This document shows, in pieces, positions 54,747-64,000 of a stretch of 64,000 nucleotides of DNA (positions within the stretch are counted from its first letter, which is position 1; each line of letters opens with the position of its first letter). The position numbers and the translations under genes are program-made. Location of the stretch: assembly GCA_038258275.1 (NCBI GenBank), contig JBBSPZ010000005.1:9407-73406 (forward strand), given 5' to 3'. The notes under the pieces are model-generated. The model saw nothing but the letters and a program-made list of their open reading frames with translations, had not been told where the DNA came from and did not search any database. This stretch comes from Chitinophagales bacterium (GTDB taxonomy: Bacteria; Bacteroidota; Bacteroidia; Chitinophagales; Saprospiraceae).

Positions 54747-57477
54747 AGAGCTCGACGTACCCACTCACCGGATTTTCGCTGGGAACGATACCTTCCAACC
54801 GGCGCTCGAATACTCTGCCTACGTAATAGTAAGTGCCCGACGGGAGGGGGTCGCCGTTGAGGTTCGTACCGTCCCACTCAATGGCGGGATTTTCAGTTTC
54901 GAAGACCAGCTGCCCCCACCGGTTGAAGAATTTGATCTCCACCCGTTCGACGAAGCAAAGGGCGCGCGGTTTGAACACGTCGTTCTGATTATCCCCGTTC
55001 GGCGTGAACGCGTTCGGCAGGTCGTAAAGCGGGCAATTGGAGACGCAAACCCGGTTGCTCGGGATGCTCTCGTTGCCGTTTGCATCGATCGCGGTTACGG
55101 TATAACAGCCTACAATTCCCTCTGGAGGAGTATGATTGAAGGTAAGTTCTCCCGCGTCGGTAGTCTCTTCCACCAGCTGGGGCTCGGAGATGCTGTCGGG
55201 CGTAAAATATACCCGGTAACCGGCTACGTCGTCGGCACCGCAGACCTCCTCCGGGGAAATCCAGCGGAGTATGTTGAATAGGTTGTCGGTATCCGTACAA
55301 TCCACCTGCCGGTCGCACACGCTTTCCACCACCAACACCGGGGCGCAGGGCGGTACGTCGTCCTGGGGCGTCAGGCACAGCTCCTGACTGCGGTTGAGCA
55401 GGGGGGAGGGAATGTCTTCAATATTGTAGCTGCCGACCGAGCGGATGTAGTAGCAGTACAACTGGCCGTTTTGCAGCTCGGTATCCTGGTAGGCCATATC
55501 CGTTACCGTTTCCAGAAACTCGTAGGTAAAACTTCCCGGCAGCCGGCGGTAGACTTCGTACTGGGTGTTGGTCCAGGGTACGGTTTCCGTCCAGTTCAGG
55601 TCTACGGCCCGGTCAGTCGGCGCACCGTTCAGCCGTACCGTACTGGCCGGCTGCGCGTCTCCGACCGGCTCGGCTTCGTTTTGTACGAAGAGCTCGATGC
55701 GGTAGGAGTAGGAAAGTCCCTCCGTATCCAGGCTTTGATCGGTGTAACAGGTATCGACCTGCGCATCGAAGAATTGCGTCTCGTAGGTAGCAATGGTCTG
55801 GAAAGCGACGGGATCAATGGTCTGTCCCGTCGCCCGGCTGAGGACGTAACGGTAGGGCCCGGGATTCACTATAGTATCGAGGCTGCTGGCGTTGGGCAGG
55901 ATCCAGCACACCTCCACCTGCCCGCTCGCATCGCTGGTAGACACGACGTCAACTTTAGTAAGCAGGGGTATGTCGCGCGCCAGTTGTACGCAGATTTCCT
56001 CGGAAGGAATGGATTCGATCGTTTCGAAAATCAGGCCGGTGCTCTCGGTGCGCCGGGCCATTACGGTCAGAACCCGGTAGCAGTAGGTACGTCCGCGGAT
56101 GACGTCCATGTCTTCAAATACGTACCGCCCGTCGACCACGTCGCTGATCTCGGTGGCGGTCAGCAGGGTGTATCCCCGGCCGGCAAGACCGGTCTCACAG
56201 GTATCGGGTAAAAAATCGTTGCTCCCTTCCCGGCGCCATACGGTGAAGCCCAGGAAATCGGGTTCCTCGTTATCCTCACAACCGTACGGCCTCGCCCAAC
56301 TCAGGGTGATCAGGTCCTCCTCCACCCGGGTCCGGAGGTCTTCCGGAGGCGGAGCGACGACGCGAATCGCAACCGTACGCAAGGTGGCCAGCCCCGATGG
56401 CCGTGGATCTCCGTTGTCCAGGGCCCGTAGCACAACGAAGTATTCCTGGTTGCTGATGTCACTACAGCTGGTCTGCCAGCGAAAGGTCTTTCGCACCGGG
56501 TCAGTTTGCGGCCCGTTGGTTTCCGGAGTGAAGGTCGCCGGGTTGTCGACCAGGTCGAAGGGGCGACCGCTCGCCGTGAGCGTTACGAGCTGATCGGCGT
56601 CGTTAAGGGGAGCCGTGGCGATCACGTCAAACTGCACGAGTTCACCGGCTACGACACAGATCTCCTCGCGGGCGATATCGATGACGGGTGGTTCGTTGAA
56701 GCAGTCGTCGACGAAGACCTGCATGTCCCGAACCACCGTATCCAGGGGAATGCCGTTGCGGAACGACTTGATCAGGAAGGCCAGGTTGTATTCACCCGGC
56801 GCCGAGGGGGCATCCCAGGTGATCTGCCCGGTACGGGGGTCGATCTCGAGGCTTCCGGTGGAACCGGAGACCATATTAGGAAGTACGTAGTTGGGGATGG
56901 GGGCCCGGGGAGCGAAGCTGGGAGTGGTAAACTCAAAAGCCAAACTGTCGCCGTCGACGTCAAAGGCGCCGGGGTTGTGGGTCCATACCGAGCCGATACA
57001 CGCGTTATCGATCGGGTCCTGGCTCAGCTGCGGGGAGGAGTTACAGCCGTTCAGGATGGGATTCACCAGGGAAAATGAGGTGAACACACTGAACGGAATG
57101 TTGACCGATCCGGGAATGTTACGCACGCCACGCACGCGGTTCACGTCCTGAAAGCTCAGCACATAGCGGCCGAATGCCGAATAGCGGTGACAGAAGGTGT
57201 ATTCGTTCCGCTGAATACTGGGGGAGATCTGGGTAATACTCGTGCGGCCGATGAGCTGAGTGATCCCGTCGCCCCAATTCAGCTCCAGGCTGTCGCGGTC
57301 GACTTCCGTCTGGGCGGTCTCGGTATACGTGATGATGGTGGCACAGGCCGTGAGCTGGTCGGCTAGGTTGCTGCAATCGCCCGCGGCCTGCACGATGATC
57401 TCCCCCGCCCGGTTGTGGGTGGCGGATACCACGAGGGGCAGGAGGGCAAAAAAAGCTAGTAAAAGTCGCAGACGCAT
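54733..57477 (-). CDS. T9SS type-B CTD (gliding-motility-associated C-terminal domain) surface protein with FN3/Ig-like repeats
   Basis: Signal peptide, then ATHNRAGEI. C-terminal LPNAFTPNGDNQNDVF..FNRWGQLVFET..WDGT..LPSGTYYY. Confidence 0.92.
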   Translation of the reverse strand: MRLRLLLAFFALLPLVVSATHNRAGEIIVQAAGDCSNLADQLTACATIITYTETAQTEVDRDSLELNWGDGITQLIGRTSITQISPSIQRNEYTFCHRYSAFGRYVLSFQDVNRVRGVRNIPGSVNIPFSVFTSFSLVNPILNGCNSSPQLSQDPIDNACIGSVWTHNPGAFDVDGDSLAFEFTTPSFAPRAPIPNYVLPNMVSGSTGSLEIDPRTGQITWDAPSAPGEYNLAFLIKSFRNGIPLDTVVRDMQVFVDDCFNEPPVIDIAREEICVVAGELVQFDVIATAPLNDADQLVTLTASGRPFDLVDNPATFTPETNGPQTDPVRKTFRWQTSCSDISNQEYFVVLRALDNGDPRPSGLATLRTVAIRVVAPPPEDLRTRVEEDLITLSWARPYGCEDNEEPDFLGFTVWRREGSNDFLPDTCETGLAGRGYTLLTATEISDVVDGRYVFEDMDVIRGRTYCYRVLTVMARRTESTGLIFETIESIPSEEICVQLARDIPLLTKVDVVSTSDASGQVEVCWILPNASSLDTIVNPGPYRYVLSRATGQTIDPVAFQTIATYETQFFDAQVDTCYTDQSLDTEGLSYSYRIELFVQNEAEPVGDAQPASTVRLNGAPTDRAVDLNWTETVPWTNTQYEVYRRLPGSFTYEFLETVTDMAYQDTELQNGQLYCYYIRSVGSYNIEDIPSPLLNRSQELCLTPQDDVPPCAPVLVVESVCDRQVDCTDTDNLFNILRWISPEEVCGADDVAGYRVYFTPDSISEPQLVEETTDAGELTFNHTPPEGIVGCYTVTAIDANGNESIPSNRVCVSNCPLYDLPNAFTPNGDNQNDVFKPRALCFVERVEIKFFNRWGQLVFETENPAIEWDGTNLNGDPLPSGTYYYVGRVFERRLEGIVPSENPVSGYVELFTNR

Positions 57478-57591
57478 GGGCCGTGGGTTATTCAGGTAAC
57501 GGCAACCGGATGCCGCTACCGGAAGAAACGCATAAACCGCCAAATTGCTTTGGCCACCCGGCGGCCGAAGCCCGATTTGTCCGTTCCTGTC

Positions 57592-57888
57592 CTAACTAAG
57601 GAGCCCCTGGAGCTTCATGGCCAGTCCCATGTCTCCCTTGACCTTGACTTTCCCGCTCATCATGGCCATCATGGGATTGAGTTTGCCACTGCGCAGCTGG
57701 CTCAGTACCTCGACGCTGGTGATGACCACGGTATCCGCTTCCTTGTCCTCGTTGCTCACCTTGGCCTCATCGCCGGTCATGTCAATGAAAATGGTGCCCT
57801 CGTCCAGCTGCAGCTTGATGCTTTTGCCGAGATTGGGGGCGGTGGCAGCGGCCTTGGTGACGCCGTCGTTGAGTTCCTGGAAGGTCAT
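57592..57888 (-). CDS. SCP2 sterol-binding domain protein
   Basis: Motif L.PMMAMMSGKVKVKGDMGLAMKL. ATG 57888 preferred over the track start. Confidence 0.9.
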   Translation of the reverse strand: MTFQELNDGVTKAAATAPNLGKSIKLQLDEGTIFIDMTGDEAKVSNEDKEADTVVITSVEVLSQLRSGKLNPMMAMMSGKVKVKGDMGLAMKLQGLLS

Positions 57889-58061
57889 GGTGGTTGATTT
57901 CGCGGCAAGGTAAGGATTAAGCGTCAGGACGCGGCGGCAAGCCGCCTGTCCGACCATCGCTTTAGGTGCATACAGTAAAAATTGCTGTATCAGTAAAATG
58001 ACCTTACGCGTTGTCGAAATACCGCGAGGGACTACGCGCGGCATCTTCGATACCGCTCTCC

Positions 58062-58185
58062 GCGGCCTCGCTAGGGTAGGATGGCCCCCTCCGGGGCATA
58101 CCCGGTGTATGGCGGAGTGCAGGGGGAATGTCCCACGCCGGGGTTAGGTAGGCAATCCGTGGCCATCCGTGCCAGCGCGAAGCCC
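58062..58185. ncRNA. Candidate structured non-coding RNA (rod with central bubble)
   Basis: Nested stems GGATGGCC (58079-86)/GGCCATCC (58161-68) and CCCGGTGT (58101-08)/ACGCCGGG (58135-42), plus outer CGCT/AGCG. G-U pairs favour the + strand. Confidence 0.45.
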
Positions 58186-58189
58186 CGAC

Positions 58190-60817
58190 TTACTCCATCA
58201 GCTTCCGGGCAGCCTCGAGCGCAGCCGGAATTCCCCCTGGCTCCTTCCCTCCGGCCGTAGCGAAGAAGGGTTGCCCTCCCCCACCCCCGCGGATGTGCCT
58301 GGCCAGGTCCCGGATCACGGCACCTGCGTCCAGCGCCCCCTCCGCAGTGCCCGCCAGTCCCTTGCTGATGGCGAGGGTGAGCAGGGCTTTGCCGTCTGTC
58401 TCGCTGGCGAGGAGAACGAAGGCATTTTCGGTCTCGCCGGTCAGTTGGAAGGCCAGGTTTTTGATGGCGGCCGCGTCGCTGAGGGGCACTTTGGTGGCAA
58501 GGAAATTGACGCCGTTGATGGACTCAAAGGCTTGCTGGAGGTCGTCCTTGAGGTGGTTGGCCTGGGCGGCCTGAAGTTTTTCGAGTTCCTTTTTGAGGTG
58601 GCGGTTTTCTTCCTGGAGGCTGCGGATGCCGTCGGCGGGACTGGGGTTGCCTTTGAGGACCTCCTGTACCTCCTTCAGGGCGGCCAGGCGACCGCGTACG
58701 TACCCTTCGGCCCGCTGTGCGGTCACGGCCTCGATGCGCCGGATGCCCGCCGCAAGGGCACTCTCGCTGGTAATCTTGAATAGCCCCAACTCGCCGGTAT
58801 GCGGGACGTGGGTGCCGCCGCAGAGCTCGGAGCTGAAGTCGGGGTCGAAGGTGATGATGCGTACCGCGTCGCCGTACTTCTCCCCGAAGAGCATCATGGC
58901 GCCGGACTTGCGCGCCTCGGCGATGGGCACGTCGCGCTGCTCGTAGAGCGGGATATTCCGGCGGATCTTTTCGTTGACCAGTAATTCTATCTGCTCCAGT
59001 TCCTCCTCGGTCGGCCGCTCGAAGTGGCTGAAGTCGAAGCGGAACTTGCCGGACTGCACGTCCTGCCCCTTCTGCACGGCATGGTCGCCCAGCACCTCGT
59101 GGAGGGCGGCGTGCAGGAGGTGGGCGGCGGTGTGGTTGCTGCTGGTCGACTGGCGGGTCTGGTCGTGGACCTCGGAGTAGACCTCGCCCTGGGGCTCAGC
59201 GGGCAGTTTATTGACGATGTGGACGGTGAGGTCGTTTTCCTTCACCGTGCCGAGCACTTCCAATTTCTCCTCCCCGACTTTAATCAGGCCGCGGTCGCCG
59301 GCCTGTCCACCGCTCTCGCCGTAGAAGGGCGTGCGGTCGAGCACCAGCTGGTACTGCGGCTTTTCCTTCACCTGCACCGTACGGTACTTGGTGATGCGGG
59401 CACCGCCGTCGGAGAGCACGTCGTAGCCGATGAAGACGGAGGGCTCATCGGAAAGCACGTGCCAGTCTCCTACTACCTTTGTGGCGTCCTTGCGGCTGCG
59501 GTTTTTTTGCTCCTGGAGGGCTTGCTGGAAGCCGGTTTCGTCTACGCTCAGCCCCTGTTCTTCGGCCAGCAGGCGGGTGAGGTCGATGGGGAATCCGAAG
59601 GTGTCGTAGAGCTCGAAGGCGTCCTGTCCATTGATGGTCCCTTTCGAGGAGGGCAGGTTGGCAAAGCGGGTCAGGCCGGTTTCCAGCGTCTGCAAGAACG
59701 ACTTCTCCTCACTCTGGATAATGCGCGCGATCTGCTGCTGCTGGCGGGCGAGCTCGGGGAAGGCCTCGCCCATTTCCTGCACCAGCACGTTCATCAACTT
59801 GTAAATGAAGGGTTCCTGCTGATCGAGGAAGGAATAGGCGTAGCGTACGGCCCTACGCAGGATGCGCCGCACCACGTAGCCCGCTCCCCCACTGCCGGGC
59901 AGCTGTCCGTCGGCGATGGTGAAGGCCACGGCCCGCAGGTGGTCGGCCACCACCCGCATGGCCATGTCGGCCTTGGCGTCGGGGGCGTAGCTGCCGCCGT
60001 AGGTTTTGCCCGTGAGCCGCTCGATCTCGGCGATGATCGGGGTGAAGATGTTGGTGTCGTAGGTGGCGGTCTTGTCCTGGAGCACCATCGTCAGCCGCTC
60101 GAAGCCCATGCCGGTATCGACGTGGCGCTCGGGCAGGTTGACGAGGCTGCCGTCGGCCTTGCGGTTGTACTGGATGAAGACGTTGTTCCAGATCTCCACC
60201 ACCCCGCTGCCGTCGACGTTGACGCCGTCGCGGCCGGGGGATTTCCTGCGCGCTTCCTCCGAGCGCGTATCTACGTGGATTTCGGTGCAGGGGCCACAGG
60301 GACCGGTCTCGCCCATCTCCCAGAAGTTGTCCTTCTTATTCCCGTACAGGATGCGCTCGTCGGGCAGGACCCGCAGCCAGAAGTTTCGGGCCTCATCGTC
60401 GACGGGGATGCCTTCGTCGGGGGCGCCCTCGAAGACGGTGGCGTAGACGCGTTCCGGGTCGATGCCGAGGCGTTCGGTGAGCAGTTCCCAGCTCCAGGCG
60501 ATGGCCTCGTCCTTGAAGTAGTCGCCGAAGCTCCAGTTGCCCAGCATTTCGAACATGGTGTGGTGGGTGCCGTCGCGGCCCACGTCGTCGAGGTCGTTGT
60601 GCTTGCCACTCACGCGCATACACTTCTGGGTATCGGCGATGCGGCGGCTGGTGGGCACGCGGTCGCCGAGGAAGTAATCCTTAAACTGGTTCATGCCCGC
60701 GTTGGTAAACAGGAGACTGGGGTCGTCCTTGTTCACGATGGGTGCGGAGGGGACGACCTTATGTCCTTTTTCACGGAAAAAGTCTAGAAAGGCACGGCGG
60801 ATCTGGGAGGCGGTCAT
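58190..60817 (-). CDS. alaS: Alanine--tRNA ligase
   Basis: Motifs DPSLLFTNAGMNQFK, HHTMFEMLGNWSFGDYFK, DTGMGFERL, NHTAAHLL and ELCGGTHV. C-terminal GGGGG...A.AGG. Confidence 0.98.
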   Translation of the reverse strand: MTASQIRRAFLDFFREKGHKVVPSAPIVNKDDPSLLFTNAGMNQFKDYFLGDRVPTSRRIADTQKCMRVSGKHNDLDDVGRDGTHHTMFEMLGNWSFGDYFKDEAIAWSWELLTERLGIDPERVYATVFEGAPDEGIPVDDEARNFWLRVLPDERILYGNKKDNFWEMGETGPCGPCTEIHVDTRSEEARRKSPGRDGVNVDGSGVVEIWNNVFIQYNRKADGSLVNLPERHVDTGMGFERLTMVLQDKTATYDTNIFTPIIAEIERLTGKTYGGSYAPDAKADMAMRVVADHLRAVAFTIADGQLPGSGGAGYVVRRILRRAVRYAYSFLDQQEPFIYKLMNVLVQEMGEAFPELARQQQQIARIIQSEEKSFLQTLETGLTRFANLPSSKGTINGQDAFELYDTFGFPIDLTRLLAEEQGLSVDETGFQQALQEQKNRSRKDATKVVGDWHVLSDEPSVFIGYDVLSDGGARITKYRTVQVKEKPQYQLVLDRTPFYGESGGQAGDRGLIKVGEEKLEVLGTVKENDLTVHIVNKLPAEPQGEVYSEVHDQTRQSTSSNHTAAHLLHAALHEVLGDHAVQKGQDVQSGKFRFDFSHFERPTEEELEQIELLVNEKIRRNIPLYEQRDVPIAEARKSGAMMLFGEKYGDAVRIITFDPDFSSELCGGTHVPHTGELGLFKITSESALAAGIRRIEAVTAQRAEGYVRGRLAALKEVQEVLKGNPSPADGIRSLQEENRHLKKELEKLQAAQANHLKDDLQQAFESINGVNFLATKVPLSDAAAIKNLAFQLTGETENAFVLLASETDGKALLTLAISKGLAGTAEGALDAGAVIRDLARHIRGGGGGQPFFATAGGKEPGGIPAALEAARKLME

Positions 60818-61023
60818 GGGTCTGTATTAGCGGGCGCGCAAAGATAGTATTAGCTAAGCGGCTGCCCGTAGCCCCGGGCGCGGACGCGGGTGCAGCGGGG
60901 CCCACGGAGCGCGCAAAATGAGTTCCAAAAGACTCTCGCGGGAGCCCCGAAGTCCGCGATCTTTTTACGACTTTTGCAAACTGAAAACCACGGGACCCGC
61001 CAGACGGTCCACAATACAGGGGA

Positions 61024-62061
61024 ATGCGCTTTCTAAACTTTTTTAAGCAGGAGCTCGCCGTTGATTTGGGCACTGCCAACACACTCATCATGCAGAATGG
61101 GGAGGTTGTCATCGACGAGCCCTCCATCGTCGCCATCGACCGCAAGTCCGAAGAAACCATCGCCGTCGGACGCCGGGCCATGCAGATGCACGAGAAGACC
61201 CACGACAACATTATCACCGTGCGCCCCCTCAAGGACGGGGTGATCGCCGACTTCCGCGCCGCGGAGCAGATGATCAAGGGATTGATCGACATGATCGGCC
61301 GCCGCCGCCCCTTCTTTTCCCACCTCAAGATGGTGATCTGTATCCCCTCCGGCATCACCGAGGTAGAGAAGCGGGCCGTATTCGAGAGCGCCGCGCGGGT
61401 GGATGCCAAGGAGACCTACCTGATCTACGAACCCATGGCCGCGGCCCTGGGCATCGGCCTCGACGTGGAAGAGCCCGTCGGCAATATGATCATCGACATC
61501 GGGGGCGGTACGACGGAGATTGCCGTCATCGCGCTCTCGGGCATCGTCAGCGACCAGTCGATCCGCATCGCCGGCGATGAGCTCACCGAAAATATCGTCA
61601 ACTACATGCGCAAGACCCACAACATCCTGATCGGCGAGCGCACCGCGGAGCAAATCAAGATCCACGTAGGCAGCGCCCTGGCGGAACTCGACGATCCGCC
61701 GCCCGATTACGCCATCAACGGCCGCGATCTCCTCAACGGCATCCCCCGGCAGATCACCGTCACCTACCAGGAAATCGCTGGTGCCCTCGACGAGGCCATC
61801 GGGCAGATCGAAGACGCCGTCATCCGCGCCCTGGAGACCATCCCGCCGGAGCTGGCCAGCGACATCTACTCCACCGGACTTTATCTGACCGGGGGAGGTG
61901 CGTTGCTCCGCGGCCTCGACCGCCGGCTGAGTAAAAAGACCCAGCTGCCCGTTCACGTCGCCGAGGAACCCTTGTTGGCGGTCGTGCGCGGCACCAGCAA
62001 GGCCCTGCAGGATACCAAGCGCTACAAGGCCATTCTCGTACCGGCAAGCAGCGTCAGCTAG
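61024..62061 (+). CDS. mreB: Rod shape-determining protein MreB
   Basis: Motifs LAVDLGTANT, RPLKDGVIADF, EPMAAALG, DIGGGTTEIA and LTGGGALL. Confidence 0.97.
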   Translation: MRFLNFFKQELAVDLGTANTLIMQNGEVVIDEPSIVAIDRKSEETIAVGRRAMQMHEKTHDNIITVRPLKDGVIADFRAAEQMIKGLIDMIGRRRPFFSHLKMVICIPSGITEVEKRAVFESAARVDAKETYLIYEPMAAALGIGLDVEEPVGNMIIDIGGGTTEIAVIALSGIVSDQSIRIAGDELTENIVNYMRKTHNILIGERTAEQIKIHVGSALAELDDPPPDYAINGRDLLNGIPRQITVTYQEIAGALDEAIGQIEDAVIRALETIPPELASDIYSTGLYLTGGGALLRGLDRRLSKKTQLPVHVAEEPLLAVVRGTSKALQDTKRYKAILVPASSVS

Positions 62062-62880
62062 ATGGGGCAGCTGCTGAGAATACTCCTCAACAGCGGTGGC
62101 TTATTCACCTTTGCCATACTCCAATTTCTGTGCCTGTACCTGATCGTTCACCACAACGATGCCCAGCAGGAGATCTGGCTGGAGACCAAGTCGGTTTACG
62201 GCAGCTACTTCACCGAACAACTCAACGCCAAGCTGTCCTTCCTGGACGTAGCCCGCGAAAATGAGGTCCTGCGGCGGGAGAACGCCGCCCTGCTGGCCCG
62301 CATCCCCGGTTCGGCCTACCATACGGCCGTCGACACCACGCCGGTGGTCGACAGCCTCTTCCAGCAACGGTTCACCTACCTGGCCAGCCGGGTGGTCAAT
62401 AAATCTCCCTACGGGCCGTATAACACCCTCATCATCGACCGGGGCTCCAACCTGCTAGTAGAACGCGGACAGGGCGTAGTATCCGACGGCGGCCTGCTGG
62501 GTATCGTGAGCGAGGTCACCCCCCGCCACGCCCGGGTAATCAGCATCCTCCACCTGGATACCCGCATCAGCGCCGGGCTGGACAACAACGCCTTCGGTAC
62601 CCTGCGGTGGGACGGCCGGGATCCCCGGCGGGTCACCCTGACGGATATGCCCGACTACGTGCCGGTGGCGCCCAACGACACCATTTACACCACGGGTTAT
62701 TCCAACGTATTCCCCACCGGCCTGCCGATCGGCACGGTGGAATCGAGTGAGTCGTTGCCGGGTACGGGGAGCCAGGACCTGACCATCCTGTTGCTCAACG
62801 ACCCCCTGCTGGCCTCCAACGGCTACGTGGTCCGTGACCTCTTCAAGGAGGAACTCGAACGGCTTAATTCGGTGCGATGA
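62062..62880 (+). CDS. mreC: Rod shape-determining protein MreC
   Basis: N-terminal TM, coiled coil ENE.LRREN, GVV...GLLG.V and T.GYSNVFP.GLPIG. Follows mreB. Confidence 0.92.
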   Translation: MGQLLRILLNSGGLFTFAILQFLCLYLIVHHNDAQQEIWLETKSVYGSYFTEQLNAKLSFLDVARENEVLRRENAALLARIPGSAYHTAVDTTPVVDSLFQQRFTYLASRVVNKSPYGPYNTLIIDRGSNLLVERGQGVVSDGGLLGIVSEVTPRHARVISILHLDTRISAGLDNNAFGTLRWDGRDPRRVTLTDMPDYVPVAPNDTIYTTGYSNVFPTGLPIGTVESSESLPGTGSQDLTILLLNDPLLASNGYVVRDLFKEELERLNSVR

Positions 62881-63401
62881 TCGGGGGCGCACTAGTCAAT
62901 AGTATCCTGCGCTTCCTCGTGCTGGCGATCGTGCAGGTATTCATCTTCAACCAGGTGGCCTGGGGCTGGGGCGGCAAAGATTACCTCTTCATATTCGTCT
63001 ACCCCCTCTTCGTGGCGCTGCTGCCCATGCGGATGCCGCGGCCGCTCGTGATCCTGCTCGCCTTCCTGCTGGGGCTCACCATCGACTTCTTCAGCGAAAC
63101 CCTGGGGCTCCACGCCGGGGCCCTTACCTTTACCGCCTATTGCCGGCCCCTGATCCTGCAGCTGCTGCATCCGCGGGACGGGTACAACATCAAGGCCACC
63201 CCTACCATCGGCGACCAGGGCAGCGGCTGGATGTTTCGTTACCTGTTTCTGATCCTGCTTTTCCACGTACCTGCCTTCTTTTTACTGCAGACCTTTTCCA
63301 TCCTTTTCTTTTCTGAAATTGTTGCAAAAACCTTGCTGACCCTGCCCGCCAGCTTTCTCGTGACGGCAATCTTGGTCGTCCTCTTCAACCCAAAAGCGTA
63401 A
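62877..63401 (+). CDS. mreD: Rod shape-determining protein MreD
   Basis: Multi-TM protein with AFLLGLTIDFFS.TLG.HA. Overlaps the mreC stop. Confidence 0.9.
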   Translation: MIGGALVNSILRFLVLAIVQVFIFNQVAWGWGGKDYLFIFVYPLFVALLPMRMPRPLVILLAFLLGLTIDFFSETLGLHAGALTFTAYCRPLILQLLHPRDGYNIKATPTIGDQGSGWMFRYLFLILLFHVPAFFLLQTFSILFFSEIVAKTLLTLPASFLVTAILVVLFNPKA

Positions 63402-63409
63402 CTTCCCGC

Positions 63410-64000
63410 ATGCTCACAGATGCCGCCGACGCACGGACCGTAAGTATCCGCGCCGCGATCGTTTTGATCGCCGCGTTGCTGCTGGGTAAGGCCTTTCACC
63501 TACAGGTCGTCAGCGACAACTGGCGCACGCGGGCCGACCGGGTGGGCAACAGCCAGATCGACCAGTATCCGGCCCGCGGACTCATGACCGACCGGAACGG
63601 AAAGCTGCTCACCATCAACGAGCCCATTTACCAGATCGAACTGACCTACAATCAGTTTGCCCGGGCCACCGAGGCCTTCGATACCACCCGCTTCTGTCAG
63701 TTGCTGGGGATCACGCGGGATTACTTCGAGGGGGCCATTCCCGAAGTATGGGGCGGCAACTACAGCCCGTCCAAACCCTTCACCTTCCTGGCGAACGTCT
63801 CCCCGGCCGTATACGCCACCTTCCAGGAGAACCTCTTCCAGTTTCCGGGCTTCTCCGCTACGCTGCGGTCTTCCCGCAACTATCCACATTCCGTAGCCGG
63901 CCACCTGCTCGGCTACCTGGGCGAGGTGAGCCAGCGCACCATCGACGGCGGTGGGGGACGCTACCTTTCCGGGGACTACCACGGTATTTCCGGACTGGAG
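63410..64000 (+). CDS. mrdA: Penicillin-binding protein 2 (3'-truncated by window edge)
   Basis: Manual translation MLTDAADARTVSIRAAIVLIAALLLGKAFHLQV..YPARGLMTDRNGKLL..R.YP..VAGHLLGYLGEV. Follows mreD. Confidence 0.9.
   Translation, partial: MLTDAADARTVSIRAAIVLIAALLLGKAFHLQVVSDNWRTRADRVGNSQIDQYPARGLMTDRNGKLLTINEPIYQIELTYNQFARATEAFDTTRFCQLLGITRDYFEGAIPEVWGGNYSPSKPFTFLANVSPAVYATFQENLFQFPGFSATLRSSRNYPHSVAGHLLGYLGEVSQRTIDGGGGRYLSGDYHGISGLE

Noticed and set aside
57889-58044. N-terminal extension of the SCP2 protein
   Set aside because: The extension looks non-coding and contains a -7-like TACCTTGC just upstream of ATG 57888. The SCP2 domain is complete from 57888.
1-64000. CRISPR array, prophage, integrase or transposase
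   Set aside because: Reading through, I saw no regularly spaced direct repeats and no integrase, transposase or phage structural motifs. None of the three tRNAs has a visible duplicated 3' end (att site) in the window.

Overview
Chromosomal window from a high-GC Bacteroidota, most likely Saprospirales/Lewinellaceae-like. That placement is inferred from the SusC/SusD pair, T9SS PorP and type-B CTD genes, TAnnTTTG promoters and gene order. It is mostly core genome: polX (partial), topA, ruvB, asd, panDC, glmS, rpsT, prfC, galE, alaS, mreBCD-mrdA and three tRNAs (Val-GAC, Pro-GGG, Thr-CGT). Accessory parts are an orphan SusC/D pair, a Fur/Zur-type metal-uptake module and a peptidase-rich stretch. 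I found no CRISPR array, prophage, integrase or transposase. Best leads: (1) a bacterial aeRF1/Balon-like protein that carries an eRF1-type GRGGQ loop, in a small stress-gene cluster beside prfC; (2) a two-gene unit with its own promoter that encodes a membrane-anchored PspA/ESCRT-III-like protein, flanked by an HD-Pycsar-effector fusion and a trypsin-Zn-ribbon-YbjN-like fusion; (3) an ECF sigma factor paired with a dual-membrane-spanning anti-sigma candidate that has a triplicated N-terminal motif; (4) two unannotated RNA candidates (53645-53805 and 58062-58185). All family assignments come from motifs recognised by eye; no database searches were run.
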